Source of the DNA: Octopus bimaculoides | Taxonomy: Eukaryota | DNA: 64,000 nucleotides | Direction of reading: 5' to 3' | Assembly (NCBI RefSeq): GCF_001194135.2 | Contig: NC_068987.1 | Span: forward strand, 12,903,096 to 12,967,095 | In this document: one piece after another, positions 11,758 through 26,314 of the stretch | Layout: each line of letters starts with the position of its first letter | How positions within the stretch are numbered: the stretch's first letter is position 1 | The notes under the pieces: model-generated | What the model was told of the DNA's origin: nothing | What the model saw: the letters and a program-made list of their open reading frames with translations, nothing else | The model's database searches: none | Translations under genes and position numbers: made by a program

Positions 11758-13064
11758 GCAATGTGCATATTGTGTGTATTTATTTGCGTAGAATGAGACT
11801 TATTATGAGTGTATAGATACATAACTGGGAAGGTGTCAGAAGTGATCACATAAAAACATCTCTTTTAATGTAACTTTTAAAATACCAAGAATGAACAACT
11901 GTAGCATGAAATACTAACATTGTTGCACATGAAGACCTGAGAAGAACTTTGTCTTTCAACGAGGTACCACATTTACATTATCTAATATGAAAACTGACGC
12001 ATAACCAACGTTTTGTAGAATATTACCCAGTAAAGTATAAGATGGTGTCTCTACAGAGTAGGCTATCTACTTGTGATAAATAGAGGCACATCAAGTACAC
12101 TTTCTTTCTAAACAAAATCTTAAATAAACGTTTGTATGGGTATGTTTATATGTATCGTGTGTTTGTGTGTGTGTGTGTGTGAGTGTGTGTACGTGTGAGT
12201 GTGCGTGTGTGTGTAAATGTATGCAGCCGCCAACTGATGAAGGGTCGTCCTTTATGTTACTTGTCTTGCTTTCCATTTGTTTCTCTTGTTGCACCCAGGC
12301 CTACCTTCGTATTTCATGTTTTCCTATTTCGTAATACATGTCGTTTTCGTATTTCATGTTGTTTACATTTTGTGACGTCCTGTACGCATATATGCATATA
12401 TATATATACATATATATGTAAGTACGTACATTTATGTATGTATATATGCATATATATATATACATATATATGTAAGTNNNNNNNNNNNNNNNNNNNNNNN
12501 NNNNNNNNNNNNNNNNNNNNNNNNNNNNNNNNNNNNNNNNNNNNNNNNNNNNNNNNNNNNNNNNNNNNNNNNNNNNNNNNNNNNNNNNNNNNNNNNNNNN
12601 NNNNNNNNNNNNNNNNNNNNNNNNNNNNNNNNNNNNNNNNNNNNNNNNNNNNNNNNNNNNNNNNNNNNNNNNNNNNNNNNNNNNNNNNNNNNNNNNNNNN
12701 NNNNNNNNNNNNNNNNNNNNNNNNNNNNNNNNNNNNNNNNNNNNNNNNNNNNNNNNNNNNNNNNNNNNNNNNNNNNNNNNNNNNNNNNNNNNNNNNNNNN
12801 NNNNNNNNNNNNNNNNNNNNNNNNNNNNNNNNNNNNNNNNNNNNNNNNNNNNNNNNNNNNNNNNNNNNNNNNNNNNNNNNNNNNNNNNNNNNNNNNNNNN
12901 NNNNNNNNNNNNNNNNNNNNNNNNNNNNNNNNNNNNNNNNNNNNNNGAAATACAACAGCGATTAAGATATTCACAATTAAATATGCCGGAAAGTATTAAG
13001 AATGAATATGTACTTCATCGTTTTGACCCCCCGCTGTTTTACGTGCTCATTATAACTCATCGTC

Positions 13065-13067
<3 letters not shown>

Positions 13068-13120
<53 letters not shown>
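13068..13120. repeat. (AG)n microsatellite
   Basis: Read directly. Confidence 0.98.
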
Positions 13121-13122
<2 letters not shown>

Positions 13123-13526
13123 CTTCGCATAGCTACTTTGTTCTGCTTGAATGATTATTTCCCTGGCCTGTGTATAAACTGCAAAGGTTAATTCACAATT
13201 TTCTCCGTTAAATCCCTTTAATTTACTAACTTTCACTTCCTTCAAAGGGACTCTTTCAATTGTAGTCTATCCCCGTCAACCTCTATTGTTTCGTTCTGCT
13301 TCACTACCCTTTCTTTTCAGCCAGTTGACTATCTCTTCACAGTTTTGTTCTATTGATACATGATGTTTTTATTAAAGTAAACCATCTCAACTACATTCCT
13401 AATTTACTTGTTTCAACAAAGCAATCATCTAGTATTTCGTAAAACGCAGCTCCAGGTATTTTATTTAAATATATATTATTCTAAATATTTCTCCCTATAT
13501 TTAAATGGTTTTCCTCAAAAATGTTC

Positions 13527-13700
13527 AACGGCTGTGTGGTATTAAGTTTGCTTTCCAACCACATGGTGCCTGGTCCAGTCCCACAGTCTTGCATATTAAG
13601 CAAGTGTCTTCTACTATATCCTTGTGAGTGGATTTGGTAGACGGAAGCTGAAAGAAGCCAGTCGTGTGTGTTCAAGTCGCATAGAAGTGTGTGTGTATGT
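13527..13700 (+). mobile_element. SINE B head
   Basis: GGCTGTGTGGTATTAAGTTTGC..GTGAGTGGATTTGGTAGACGGAAGCTGAAAGAAGCC. Confidence 0.85.
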
Positions 13701-14445
13701 GTGTGTGTACATAAATGTATACACTTGTGGAACCTACTTATTCATATGTGATTTTATTAGTACACAAATGTTACACAGACATTTACATATGTATGTATGT
13801 ATGTATGTAAAATACAGTCACATCATTTAGCCTTTCTAGAAGAACTGAAATTCAGTTGCTTTTATGCCTGCTACTTAAAAACTATCTTTAAGAACAGTTA
13901 TGTCTGTTACGTCATCGTTATAGCGAGAAACCAGATATAAAAAGCGTGCATTTTGGATATCTGAAGGAATTCGTTACTAGGGTTTTTTTTTTAATTTTTC
14001 AAAAGGTTTTCTTTTAAAATTTTCTACACTGATCATGCTGATCATGAAAATTAAAAACATTTTAACTAGAACTCACTAATAAAAAAAGCTACAAGCATTT
14101 ATAAAAATATAATTGTTGCTAATCGAAAGCCTACATTGCTGACATATTGGAAGTAGTAACTGTTTGTTCCCGCGGAAACGGTGAACCACTTCACTGAGTT
14201 TGTCGACTCGCAAGATGGAACGCCCACTCAACAAGAGGAATTCCTTTCATTTGGTAGAAAAGATTGTTTTCTTTCATTAAATTCTTTTCTTTCCAGGATT
14301 CAAGAAATTAGTAGAATTCTTAGAAGATCCAGTTACTGTTTGGGTGTCGGTGAATAAACTACCGTGGAAGGATTCTTTTTTTATTTTCTTCTTTGGTTCC
14401 TTCTTTTTTCTTCTTTTTCTTTTTCTTCTTCTTCACTCACACAAA

Positions 14446-14449
<4 letters not shown>

Positions 14450-14526
<77 letters not shown>

Positions 14527-14627
14527 GTCGTAGATTTGTGTGATTCTAAGAGTCATGAAGAAACATGAGCAATGAATTAGCTGAATGAGAAATACTTTTT
14601 ACGATTCATATAGACAGACAGGCAGAC

Positions 14628-14697
<70 letters not shown>

Positions 14698-14700
14698 GCA
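14450..14700. repeat. (TC)n and (GATA)n microsatellites
   Basis: Read directly. Confidence 0.95.
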
Positions 14701-14860
14701 GGCTTCCACACAGTTTTCCTCCGTCAAATTCAATTACGAGATATTGATCGGATCACGATTATTGTAAAAGACATATGCCTAAACTGGAATTGAACGCAGT
14801 GGTACTGAACCCGAAACTACGGGACTGTGAAGCGAACTTCTTAACCATACAACCACGCCT
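14700..14860 (-). mobile_element. Old SINE B-related head
   Basis: GGCTTCCACACAGTTT..TGAACCCGAAAC..TTCTTAACCATACAACC. Confidence 0.6.
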
Positions 14861-15716
14861 GGTTCTATATTTATAATTTCTATTTCCAAACAATTTATTA
14901 ACTAATTATATATTTAAAACTATCGTTAATGAAAATCTAATACTATGATTTAAACAGTCGTGCTAAACAGCAACATGGCACATCCGAGCGTAATACGCCG
15001 TTTCTTTTATCAACATTAGTAGAAAGCAACGCAACCGAAAATAGATGATATTATCAGAATAAACAAAAGTGAAGCTGAGATTTTCACCAAGAAGCAAAAA
15101 TCGAGAAGAAATTACATCCACTGCACATCTCATATCGTATCTGTAAACATAAACTGCACAATTTCGCATCAGTTCTATAAGCAGAAGGAAGTATACTAGC
15201 AAGCAATTTACACACAGACATCTGCTGGTTTCCACCGGAAAATGTAAAAGAATGGCAAAAGCACGATCTTTACAATTGCCTTACCTGACAGCCTGAACCG
15301 TCTCTGTAACCGATTGCAGTTGTTCAACATAAACCAACAGGCATTGGATGAGTATGTGAATATCTATGCAAGATGGCTTCCACGCTCATAACATGCACTT
15401 CAATTAACGCCAGATTATATGCGCTATCATACCTATAAAATTTATTCTCTGTGCTAGAGCTACAATAACCATTAAGTTGTAAATCTTACGCAAATGCCTC
15501 ATCAGCTTGCTCAGTGTGGGTCTCTGTTACTAAGAATTATGCTTGAATATTAAAGTTACACGAGAACCTTAATTAGCGGTTTTCTAGTACGGTTTTGATC
15601 GCGTGCGCTGGTAGCACTTTGAAATCCAACATATCCATCACCTAATCCAAATTACCTGTTACGTAATATGGTACATTTGTTATCTCTAACTGCGCTTGCT
15701 TCTGTTACATATATAC

Positions 15717-15764
<48 letters not shown>

Positions 15765-15765
15765 C

Positions 15766-15814
<49 letters not shown>

Positions 15815-15902
15815 GGGAGAATTCACAAAAAAAGCAACAGACGAAGACAGGTGGTGTAGAAAACAAATAGATGTATTAGTATAACGCTCGGGAATTGAAA
15901 AA

Positions 15903-15941
15903 GTCTTTAACGTTTCGAGCCTACGCTCTTCCACAGAAAGA
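15903..15941 (-). ncRNA. Hammerhead-like motif (A6>U core) in a microsatellite-flanked Penelope-like short element
   Basis: Minus strand TCTTT-CTGTGGA-A-GAGC(GTAG)GCTC-GAAA-CGTT-AAAGA. Stem I 5 bp, stem II 4 bp, palindromic AACGTT. Confidence 0.5.
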
Positions 15942-16487
15942 AACAAGGAGAGAAAATGATGTGTGTAGTGGTTAGCGATCTATCATGGCGAATATATATA
16001 TGTATATGTATGTATATGTGTATATATATGTGGTGAGTTATAATGAAAAACCTTATATATAAAATAAAAGATGGAAAATGCATACAGTTTACATAGTTTT
16101 AATATATTTTAATATATTTTTTATGTGAAAGAGTATTGTGTTTTTCGACCGGTTTCACTTTCGTTAATTATGACATTGAAATTATTGTAATTTCGTATTT
16201 TCTTAAGAAGATTTTTGTCCATGTTCTGGTATGAAAGTTTGTGAATGAAACAACAAGTAGGAAAATCTAAGGGGAGGTAATTGGTGATCTTTATTACTCG
16301 GGACAGGGGAGATAATAATTGCTCATTTTGTGGGGGGGGGGATAATTAAATTTACAAAAATATACAAAAACTCATGCGCTAAAGTAGTGAGATGACATAT
16401 GTACAGTAATGGGTATGTGATCATGAATTAAAATATATACTGAGACTAAAGTCAGTTATGCGTTCATATTTAGGCAAATCGACTTCA

Positions 16488-16796
16488 GGACTTGTTCTTT
16501 GTGTACCTTAGCACTTATTCTATCGCTCTCTTTTGCCGAAACCCCATGTTACGGGGACGTAAACACACCAACATCGGTTGTCAAGCGATGGTGGAAGTGC
16601 AAACACAGACACGCAAATATATATATATATAACGAAGGGCTTCTTTCAGCTTATGTCTACCAAATCCACTTACAAGGCTTCGGTCGGGTCGAAGCTTTTA
16701 GTAGAAGACATTTGCCCAAGGTGTCACACAGTGGGACTGAACCAGGGACCATGTAGTTGAGAAGCAAGCTTCTTACCACACAGCCACTCCTGCGCC
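16488..16796 (-). mobile_element. SINE B, near full length, with a short internal (TA)n
   Basis: Tail half, about 15 nt of TA, and head are contiguous with no gap. Confidence 0.9.
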
Positions 16797-17714
16797 CATA
16801 TATNNNNNNNNNNNNNNNNNNNNNNNNNNNNNNNNNNNNNNNNNNNNNNNNNNNNNNNNNNNNNNNNNNNNNNNNNNNNNNNNNNNNNNNNNNNNNNNNN
16901 NNNNNNNNNNNNNNNNNNNNNNNNNNNNNNNNNNNNNNNNNNNNNNNNNNNNNNNNNNNNNNNNNNNNNNNNNNNNNNNNNNNNNNNNNNNNNNNNNNNN
17001 NNNNNNNNNNNNNNNNNNNNNNNNNNNNNNNNNNNNNNNNNNNNNNNNNNNNNNNNNNNNNNNNNNNNNNNNNNNNNNNNNNNNNNNNNNNNNNNNNNNN
17101 NNNNNNNNNNNNNNNNNNNNNNNNNNNNNNNNNNNNNNNNNNNNNNNNNNNNNNNNNNNNNNNNNNNNNNNNNNNNNNNNNNNNNNNNNNNNNNNNNNNN
17201 NNNNNNNNNNNNNNNNNNNTATATATATATATATATATGAGTGTGTGTATGATTTTTATATATGTGTGTGCATAAATGCACTATCAGTGTCGCTGTACAG
17301 TACAATCTGCGGTTATGAAACCTCAAAATTTTAAGCAGTTCGGAATGAATATCAAACCAGGTTTCGTCCTTTAGTAGATAGTCATCAGAAATCTGTTGAC
17401 AAAAATAAAATAAGTAGAATATTTTTAGAAAAGTAAACTATGATTATGCCAAGAATAACGAAATTTACATAATTGTACAATGCAAACGACCCCCCTCTGT
17501 ATATAGCTAGTGTGCCAGTACATTGGAGCTATGAATAAATATGTACACGGAACCATATCCGTGTTAAATAAACATAGATATGCATGTGTTTATTGAACAT
17601 GTGGATATGAATCCGTATGTATGTATATATGTATGTATATTTGTGCATGTACGCATGTATGTATTTATATGCATGTATGTATCTATGTATGTATGTATGT
17701 ATTTGTTCAGGCTC

Positions 17715-17862
17715 TATGTGTTGTAAATTCAAATCCCGCCGAGGTCAATTTCATTTTTTCAGTGTCGATTGAATTAAGTACCAGCTAAGAAGTCAGTTCA
17801 GTTGAACTGGCTAACCCGCTTCTCTTAAAATTACTGTCCTTGTACCAAAATTAGAAAGAATT
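17715..17862 (+). mobile_element. SINE A 3' half
   Basis: TTCAAATCCCGCCGAGGTCAA..CCTTGTACCAAAATTAGAAAG. Confidence 0.65.
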
Positions 17863-18420
17863 GTTGTTGTTGTTGATGTTGTTGTTACTGCTGTTGTCCT
17901 CGCTAATGTTGTTCTTGTTATTCTTGTTGTTGTTGTTGTTATGCTTTCTTTGCTCTGCTTCTAACGCTGTGGGTGTATCACGGTGTCAGCTGTTTACTAC
18001 TAGTGAAATGCGGTAACACCCCCTAGTTTTTCAAGCACCCACCGGAGTATTCGAGCTCTTTCAAACATTGCTGCTTTCTGCAAGTGCTCCACCCGAATCA
18101 CAGCTTGTATTCGTTCAATGTACTTCTCACGATCTTTGCTCACTGTTTCCAAAGCTGGCTGTGACAATCTTCAATATTACTACCGCCTATTTTCAGCGAC
18201 CACAGCTGCTTAACCTGTCAAATTAACTGTCATGTCTATCGACTTTTTGTCTTCTTTATCGCGTATCTTGGTAGCTGGAATGTTATTTCTGTAAGTCCAA
18301 CACTGTTTGCTTTCTTTCTCAATTATCACTATATCTGGTTTCCTATTCTCTACCTCATGGTCATACTGAATCATACACGTAGCAAACAGATTTTGTTTCA
18401 AGACTTTCTATGCAGAAGAG
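17862..18420 (-). mobile_element. R4/Dong-clade non-LTR retrotransposon 3' end (restriction-like endonuclease), decayed, (AAC)n tail
   Basis: Translates IQYDHEVENRKPDIVIIEKESKQCW, then QVKQLWSLK, then ALETVSKDREKYIERIQAVIRVEHLQKAAMFERARILRWVLE, matching the PD-(D/E) RLE C-terminus, with frameshifts. Confidence 0.85.
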
Positions 18421-18937
18421 TTGAAAAAGTAACAATAATTATTAGGGGTGTTTCTAAGGCACCACTGAATACAGTTTGGGTAGCGTCCAAGATGATGCCA
18501 TATTTATTGGCTCCAGAAACCAACGGGGAGAACAAAGACACCTTTTTTTTTTTTTTTTTTGCCCGTAACAAGCAGTGCCACTCCATCATATTGTGATAAT
18601 GAAAAAAATATATAATGCAGATAAATACCGTTTTTACCCTAAAAGTCAAACCCTTGGAAGATAATCACTTAAAAGATGCCATGCATTGATTTCTTGTTTT
18701 CTTTACGATTTCTTGTTTTGTGAATTCCCGAGGTTTATCGTGTTTTCATCCCAAATGGAGACGAACACCATTCCTCAATACGATCGACGTGAAAAATTAA
18801 GTTATTAAGATGTTTTTCTTAACATGAAACCAATGGTAGCCTTAATACACAAATAAATAAATTTTATCCACCAACGCAGTATTGAGCACTCATTCTCATT
18901 GTTTGATATTTACATATATATATATATATATATATAT

Positions 18938-19378
18938 ACTCTTTTACTCTTTTATTTGTTTCAGTCATTTGACTGCGGCCATGCTGGAGCACCGCCTTTT
19001 AGTCGAGCAAATTGACCCCAGGACTTATTCTTGAGAAGCCTAGTATTTATTCTATCGGTCTCTTTTGCCGAAGCCCCAAGTTACGNNNNNNNNNNTAACA
19101 TGAAACCAATGGTAGCCTTAATACACAAATAAATAAATTTTATCCACCAACGCAGTATTGAGCACTCATTCTCATTGTTTGATATTTACATATATATATA
19201 TATATATATATATACGACAGGTTTCTTTCAGTTTCCGTCTACCAAATCCACTCACAAGGCTTTGGTCGGCCCGAGGCTATAGTAGAAGACACTTGTCCAA
19301 GGTGCCACGCAGTGGGACTGAACCCGGAACCATGTGGTTGGAAAGCAAGCTACTTACCACACAGCCACTCCTGCGCCT
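18938..19378 (-). mobile_element. SINE B split into tail (18938-19085) and head (19212-19378) by a gap and a duplicated flank
   Basis: Both halves match 4211-4598. Confidence 0.85.
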
Positions 19379-20053
19379 GTATGTGTGTATATCAAAATTA
19401 TTGACTTCAGATTCAGTCTAGTTCTTTAATGACAAAACCAGTTCACTTGAGAATTTTCTTGCTGTCCAATATAATCGATGTATAAAATAGCCAACAAGGG
19501 GACGCAGCAGACATTCTTGTCCCATAAAACTATTGGGATTCGTTTGCAAAGGCGCGGTTCTGAAAGTAATTGTCTTTCATCTATTATTTAAAATAGATAC
19601 TTCTTTTTTGGCATAAGCGTACTTGCTGTCGCGTATAGACATTATTTATATAGCGTTAAATCATTACACGGTACGAATTTTATTGGTAATTTTTCTAGAA
19701 GAGTCACATAATGTCATCTGGGTTATTTTACTTGTTTTATGTAGATTATCAGTTCTGTAGGTAATAGATAACATGCAGTTGTCTTCTCTATTCTCTAAAT
19801 AACATGTTGTTTATTTAATCCAGCTGCATCTATTGTAGTCAGTATGCTGACGCATAGGAAATTGTTTAACTGAGTAATAATACAATTTGGTATCATATGT
19901 TGCGATTTGTTATCTCTCTTTGTACTTTATTGATATCAACTCTTAATCTTTGTTGATCTTTAAAACGAGTCATCTTGAACGCATACTTACAAATCGAGGC
20001 TGTTATATCAGCGCGTTGCATTTAGCAATTTGTTGATACATGTCACGTCAGCT

Positions 20054-20941
<888 letters not shown>

Positions 20942-20947
<6 letters not shown>

Positions 20948-21231
20948 CAGTAGTTTTATTTTTATAACGTGCTTTCACTTCACTACCGAGCGCAGCTTTG
21001 TGCGCCTTGGGTATGTGCTGTGGTTTGTTGTGGTGCTCTTATGTTTACTGTATTGAAAGTGTTTTGCGTAGAATGTGTGCAGTACCCAGTAGTGCAATTT
21101 TCTGTATGTTATATATATTTGTAAGTCCTGGTGTTTTTGTTATGTATTTGTCTGAATATTTTTTTATTATACCTAAGGCACCTACTATGATAGGAATTGT
21201 TTCTGTTTTTAGATTCCACATTCGAGTTATC

Positions 21232-21233
<2 letters not shown>
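20942..21233 (-). mobile_element. R4/Dong-clade 3' end, 5'-truncated, young, flanked by (AAT)n on both sides
   Basis: ITRMWNLKTETIPIIVGALGIIKKYSDKYITKTPGLTNIYNIQKIALLGTAHILRKTLSIQ* (21229-21045), about 100-nt 3' UTR, then (AAT)n running into the gap. Confidence 0.9.
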
Positions 21234-21283
<50 letters not shown>

Positions 21284-21379
21284 CATCATCGTCATCGTCA
21301 TCATCACAATCATCGTCATAATCATCATCACCATCACCGTCATCGTTGTGGTCGTCATAACATTTTTCAACAGCTTCAT

Positions 21380-22290
21380 GCAAGTTCCTACTTCACCAAC
21401 AGGTGTACCTCCGACTTCCTGTGATGTGTGTAGCAACAATGTCTTTTGGGAATGCAGAAATGTGTTTATATATACAACATCAGTTTTGCATTCTTGTGGG
21501 GGATTTGCTTTATTGTTTCTGCCGTTATTTCAGTGTTTCGTTTGTGTATTGCAATGTAAGCCGTGATATTTTGTTGGATTCTGTTTGTGTTTCGTTTGTG
21601 TTATGCAATCGGCGTTATGTGTTTTTTTGGTGTCGGCTGACGACCGTGTAGATCACGTACAGAGAGGGTTATGTTATATTAATGGGCGTGGAAGCTATGT
21701 AGAAAATAAATCGCGTGAATCGCCGGGGTAATAGTATTTAGTCTCAATTATCTACGAGTTCGTGCTGTGTTATTCTATTTTGTATTGATTGTGTAAGGCG
21801 TGTGTTGTGCTGTGTTGTGTTGATTCCGAGGAGCATGTATTATGCCAGTTGTGTTATTCCATTAGGTTGTTATAGCATAGAGTATGTACTATAAGCGGAA
21901 TGCGTAAGATATGAATTGAGCTGAGCGCGGCTAACTTTTCAACCATGTTGATGTTGTTGTGAGCCCTGGTCTTCTTTATATATTTTGGTTCCTATTTTTT
22001 TTATGTACCAAGCGCTCGAGTTATTATTGGTAGTTTTCATTTCATGCCTGCATTCTACTTAATCCAGTTTCACCGCCTCCCAGCCTGCCCCAGTTCTGGC
22101 AAAGTTCTGATTTTAAAAAACAACGAGATGTATTAAAGTACACGGTTTTGTTCCGGTTTTTCATTATCATATCTTACTTTGCTTTCCTTGTCAGTATGAA
22201 CCGGCAGGTCCTTGATGTCTGTAGCCGAGTCATTGTCCTGTTCTGTGTTTGGTACACGGCTATATCACTTCTTAACCGTTTTCTCCTTAA
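21380..22290 (-). mobile_element. Older, decayed R4/Dong-clade 3' end with long 3' UTR
   Basis: PIITRALGT* (22030-22001) and EKLAALSSIHILR (21940-21902) align with PIIVGALG and QKIALLGTAHILR of the adjacent copy. Ends in a degenerate (GAT/AAT)n tract. Confidence 0.65.
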
Positions 22291-22299
22291 AGTATCTAC

Positions 22300-22499
22300 A
22301 TTACTGGTTTCAGATTTTCGCACAAGGCCAGCAGTTCCAGGGAAAAGGGTAAATCGATGACTGATACTTATTTTATCGACCCCGAAAGGATGAAAAGCAA
22401 AGTTGACCTCGGCGGAATTTGAACTCGGAGCGTGAAGGCGGACGTAATACCGCTAAGCAATTTTGCCCGGCGTGCTAACGATTCTGCCAGCTCGCCACC
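22300..22499 (-). mobile_element. SINE A
   Basis: Full body match. Confidence 0.85.
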
Positions 22500-22644
22500 A
22501 AAAAGTATCTACGAATTATCCAATAGACGTAGCTGCTAACTCTATCGTGTCCTAAATATACTCGGAGTTTAGAAGGACTGGTTAACCGGAAATAATATAA
22601 TCAACCGTCTCACTGCACAGATTCCATAGTCAGCATTTAATGTT

Positions 22645-22874
22645 ACTCTTTACTCTTTACTCTTTTACTTGTTTCAGTCATTTGACTGCGGCCATGCTGG
22701 AGCACCGCCTTTAGTCGAGCAAATCGACCCCAGGACTTATTCTTTGTAAGCCTAGTACTTATTCTATCGGTCTCTTTTGCTGAACTGCTAGGTTACGGGG
22801 GCGTAAACACACCAGTATCAGTTGTCAAGTGATGTTGGGGGGACAAACACAGACACACAAACATATACATATAT
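22645..22874 (-). mobile_element. SINE B 3' half running into a gap at its internal microsatellite
   Basis: (TACTCTTT)3 tail followed by the conserved tail sequence. Confidence 0.9.
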
Positions 22875-23949
22875 NNNNNNNNNNNNNNNNNNNNNNNNNN
22901 NNNNNNNNNNNNNNNNNNNNNNNNNNNNNNNNNNNNNNNNNNNNNNNNNNNNNNNNNNNNNNNNNNNNNNNNNNNNNNNNNNNNNNNNNNNNNNNNNNNN
23001 NNNNNNNNNNNNNNNNNNNNNNNNNNNNNNNNNNNNNNNNNNNNNNNNNNNNNNNNNNNNNNNNNNNNNNNNNNNNNNNNNNNNNNNNNNNNNNNNNNNN
23101 NNNNNNNNNNNNNNNNNNNNNNNNNNNNNNNNNNNNNNNNNNNNNNNNNNNNNNNNNNNNNNNNNNNNNNNNNNNNNNNNNNNNNNNNNNNNNNNNNNNN
23201 NNNNNNNNNNNNNNNNNNNNNNNNNNNNNNNNNNNNNNNNNNNNNNNNNNNNNNNNNNNNNNNNNNNNNNNNNNNNNNNNNNNNNNNNNNNNNNNNNNNN
23301 NNNNNNNNNNNNNNNNNNNNNNNNNNNNNNNNNNNNNNNNNNNNNNNNNNNNNNNNNNNNNNNNNNNNNNNNNNNNNNNNNNNNNNNNNNNNNNNNNNNN
23401 NNNNNNNNNNNNNNNNNNNNNNNNNNNNNNNNNNNNNNNNNNNNNNNNNNNNNNNNNNNNNNNNNNNNNNNNNNNNNNNNNNNNNNNNNNNNNNNNNNNN
23501 NNNNNNNNNNNNNNNNNNNNNNNNNNTTGCTTATGACATCGGTCCCGTACAGCCAAAGTCGGACCATCTATTTCTACTTTTAGTCCACAGCTTTTAAGCC
23601 ACTCTTTCACTTAACTCACATCCTGTTTGTCGAATCACGCGCAGCTTTAATCGCGGTGTGATTTTCTTTCTTTTTAAAATATGCTTTGATTTTCGTCTCT
23701 TAAAAAAAAAAATACGTTTCCTGTTGTTGTTGTTGTCGTCGTTGTTGTTATTTTTGTTTTGGGGGATTTTTCTTTCATCTTCTTTCTCCTCAATGTTTTT
23801 AAGTTTCCGATTTGTATTTTATTGCTTCCTTATTTTATTAAGAAAATTCATCTTTGTCTTTGATCGTGTTTCCTTATCAGTTTCTCTTTCATTGCTTCTA
23901 ATTAGCTTTCCAATCACCCCGTCGTTATTTTGCAATAGCTCGCTATCTT

Positions 23950-24265
23950 TAATGTACCAGTTGAGCACTGTGGTCGTTGTAAACGACTGGCCGTTCCCCT
24001 AAAATTGCTGGCCTTGTACCAAAATGTGAAACCTTTATTTAAAGTAGCATTGAAGCCGTGAACTAGAGAACCGTTAGCGTGCCAGGCAAAATGCTTATCG
24101 GCATTTCGTCCATCTTCACTTTCTGACTTCAAATCCTGCCGTAGTTGTCTTCGCTTTTCATCCTTTCGTAGTTGATGAAGTGACTGCCAACTCAATGCTT
24201 ATTGTAATCGACTAGCTCCTCCCCCAAAATTACTGGCATTGTACCAAAATTTGAAACCATTATTT
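23950..24265 (+). mobile_element. SINE A tail piece plus a diverged full copy
   Basis: AAAATTGCTGGCCTTGTACCAAAA occurs twice; head at about 24052. Confidence 0.7.
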
Positions 24266-24618
24266 AAAGCAGTACCTGTTTCGAGTGTCACTCTTAAACA
24301 CGAATTATTGCGTATTATCGTACTTCCGCAAATACTCATAGAAGAACCTACATTAAAATGTTACACTGAATGTTATGATAGAAACTTTACTGTGAAAATT
24401 ATTACGATATCACATGACTATATTTATTAATATGTCCATCATTTTGAGTTAGATTTGGTTTTTTTTTTTTTGCTTATTTTTTCTCATTCTTATATTCTTA
24501 TTTTTCCTCCTCCACCTATTTCTCATCTCCATCGTAATTGAGTGAGAGAGCAGTGACATTGAGGTACAAATATATGAAGCCCAACATACACATCATCATG
24601 GCTACCCGTCTGATTAGG

Positions 24619-25012
<394 letters not shown>

Positions 25013-25060
25013 AATTACTATTATTATTATTTTTATTGTTATTGTTATTATTATTACTAA

Positions 25061-25109
<49 letters not shown>

Positions 25110-25511
25110 TACTCTTGTCGAGAAACAACAAAACATAAACACAACAAAACTGTTTTTTTTTAAGTTCCAGGTAGGTTAAAACGATAATAATGTTGAGTGT
25201 TAAGGTTTGCCTCTAAGCAAGCTTTCCTGTTTGTGAAATACACACCAATGCATCAATAGTCATATTTGGTTATGAGAATAAACTCGTATACCAACACGTA
25301 ACATGTCATCCAACTAGAATTGATTGTCTTGATATCCAAATGATATAGATAACGTTAGTCTTAGCACTTTTCCGTATAATTAGATGTAATAAATATCAAA
25401 AACAAACACGAAAATCAAAAGAAAAAACATAAATTATATTTCGGTCTAGTGTAATTCTCTCCTTTCCTTATTTCTGTATATCATTTCAATCTTCCTTTTA
25501 TTTCTTCCTTT

Positions 25512-25561
<50 letters not shown>

Positions 25562-25644
25562 NNNNNNNNNNAAGATATATGCACGCACACCAACACGCAC
25601 GCATACACAAAGAAATATACAAACATACGTGCATTTATGCATAG

Positions 25645-26290
25645 AGGTATGGCTGTGTCGCAAGAAGCTTGCTTCCCAACCACATGGTTCCGGGCTCAGT
25701 CCCACTGTGTAGCACCTTATGCAAGTGTCTTCTACGATAGCTTCGGGCCGACAAAAGCGTTCTAAGAGNNNNNNNNNNNNNNNNNNNNNNNNNNNNNNNN
25801 NNNNNNNNNNNNNNNNNNNNNNNNNNNNNNNNNNNNNNNNNNNNNNNNNNNNNNNNNNNNNNNNNNNNNNNNNNNNNNNNNNNNNNNNNNNNNNNNNNNN
25901 NNNNNNNNNNNNNNNNNNNNNNNNNNNNNNNNNNNNNNNNNNNNNNNNNNNNNNNNNNNNNNNNNNNNNNNNNNNNNNNNNNNNNNNNNNNNNNNNNNNN
26001 NNNNNNNNNNNNNNNNNNNNNNNNNNNNNNNNNNNNNNNNNNNNNNNNNNNNNNNNNNNNNNNNNNNNNNNNNNNNNNNNNNNNNNNNNNNNNNNNNNNN
26101 NNNNNNNNNNNNNNNNNNNNNNNNNNNNNNNNNNNNNNNNNNNNNNNNNNNNNNNNNNNNNNNNNNNNNNNNNNNNNNNNNNATATATAAATATATATAT
26201 ATATATACAACGGGCTTCTTTCGGTTTCCGTCTACCAAATCCACTCACAAGGTTTTGGTCTAATGACTGAAACAAGTATAAGAAAAAAGA
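25645..26290. mobile_element. SINE B fragments: head (+) 25645-25760, inverted head piece 26205-26258 fused to a tail end (+)
   Basis: Direct match to B modules in mixed orientation around a gap. Confidence 0.7.
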
Positions 26291-26314
26291 TATATATATA
26301 TATAATAAAAAATA

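Noticed and set aside
13130-13360. Protein-like minus-strand frame (EIVNWLKRK..KEVKVSKLKGF)
   Set aside because: Two internal stops and no assignable motif; at most an unclassified TE relic.
14160-14357. 66-codon plus-strand open frame
   Set aside because: No ATG, no clear exon boundaries, no known motif.
15285-15363. 79-nt minus-strand exon candidate with CAG|GTAAGG donor
   Set aside because: Moderate acceptor, ambiguous frame, no supporting evidence.
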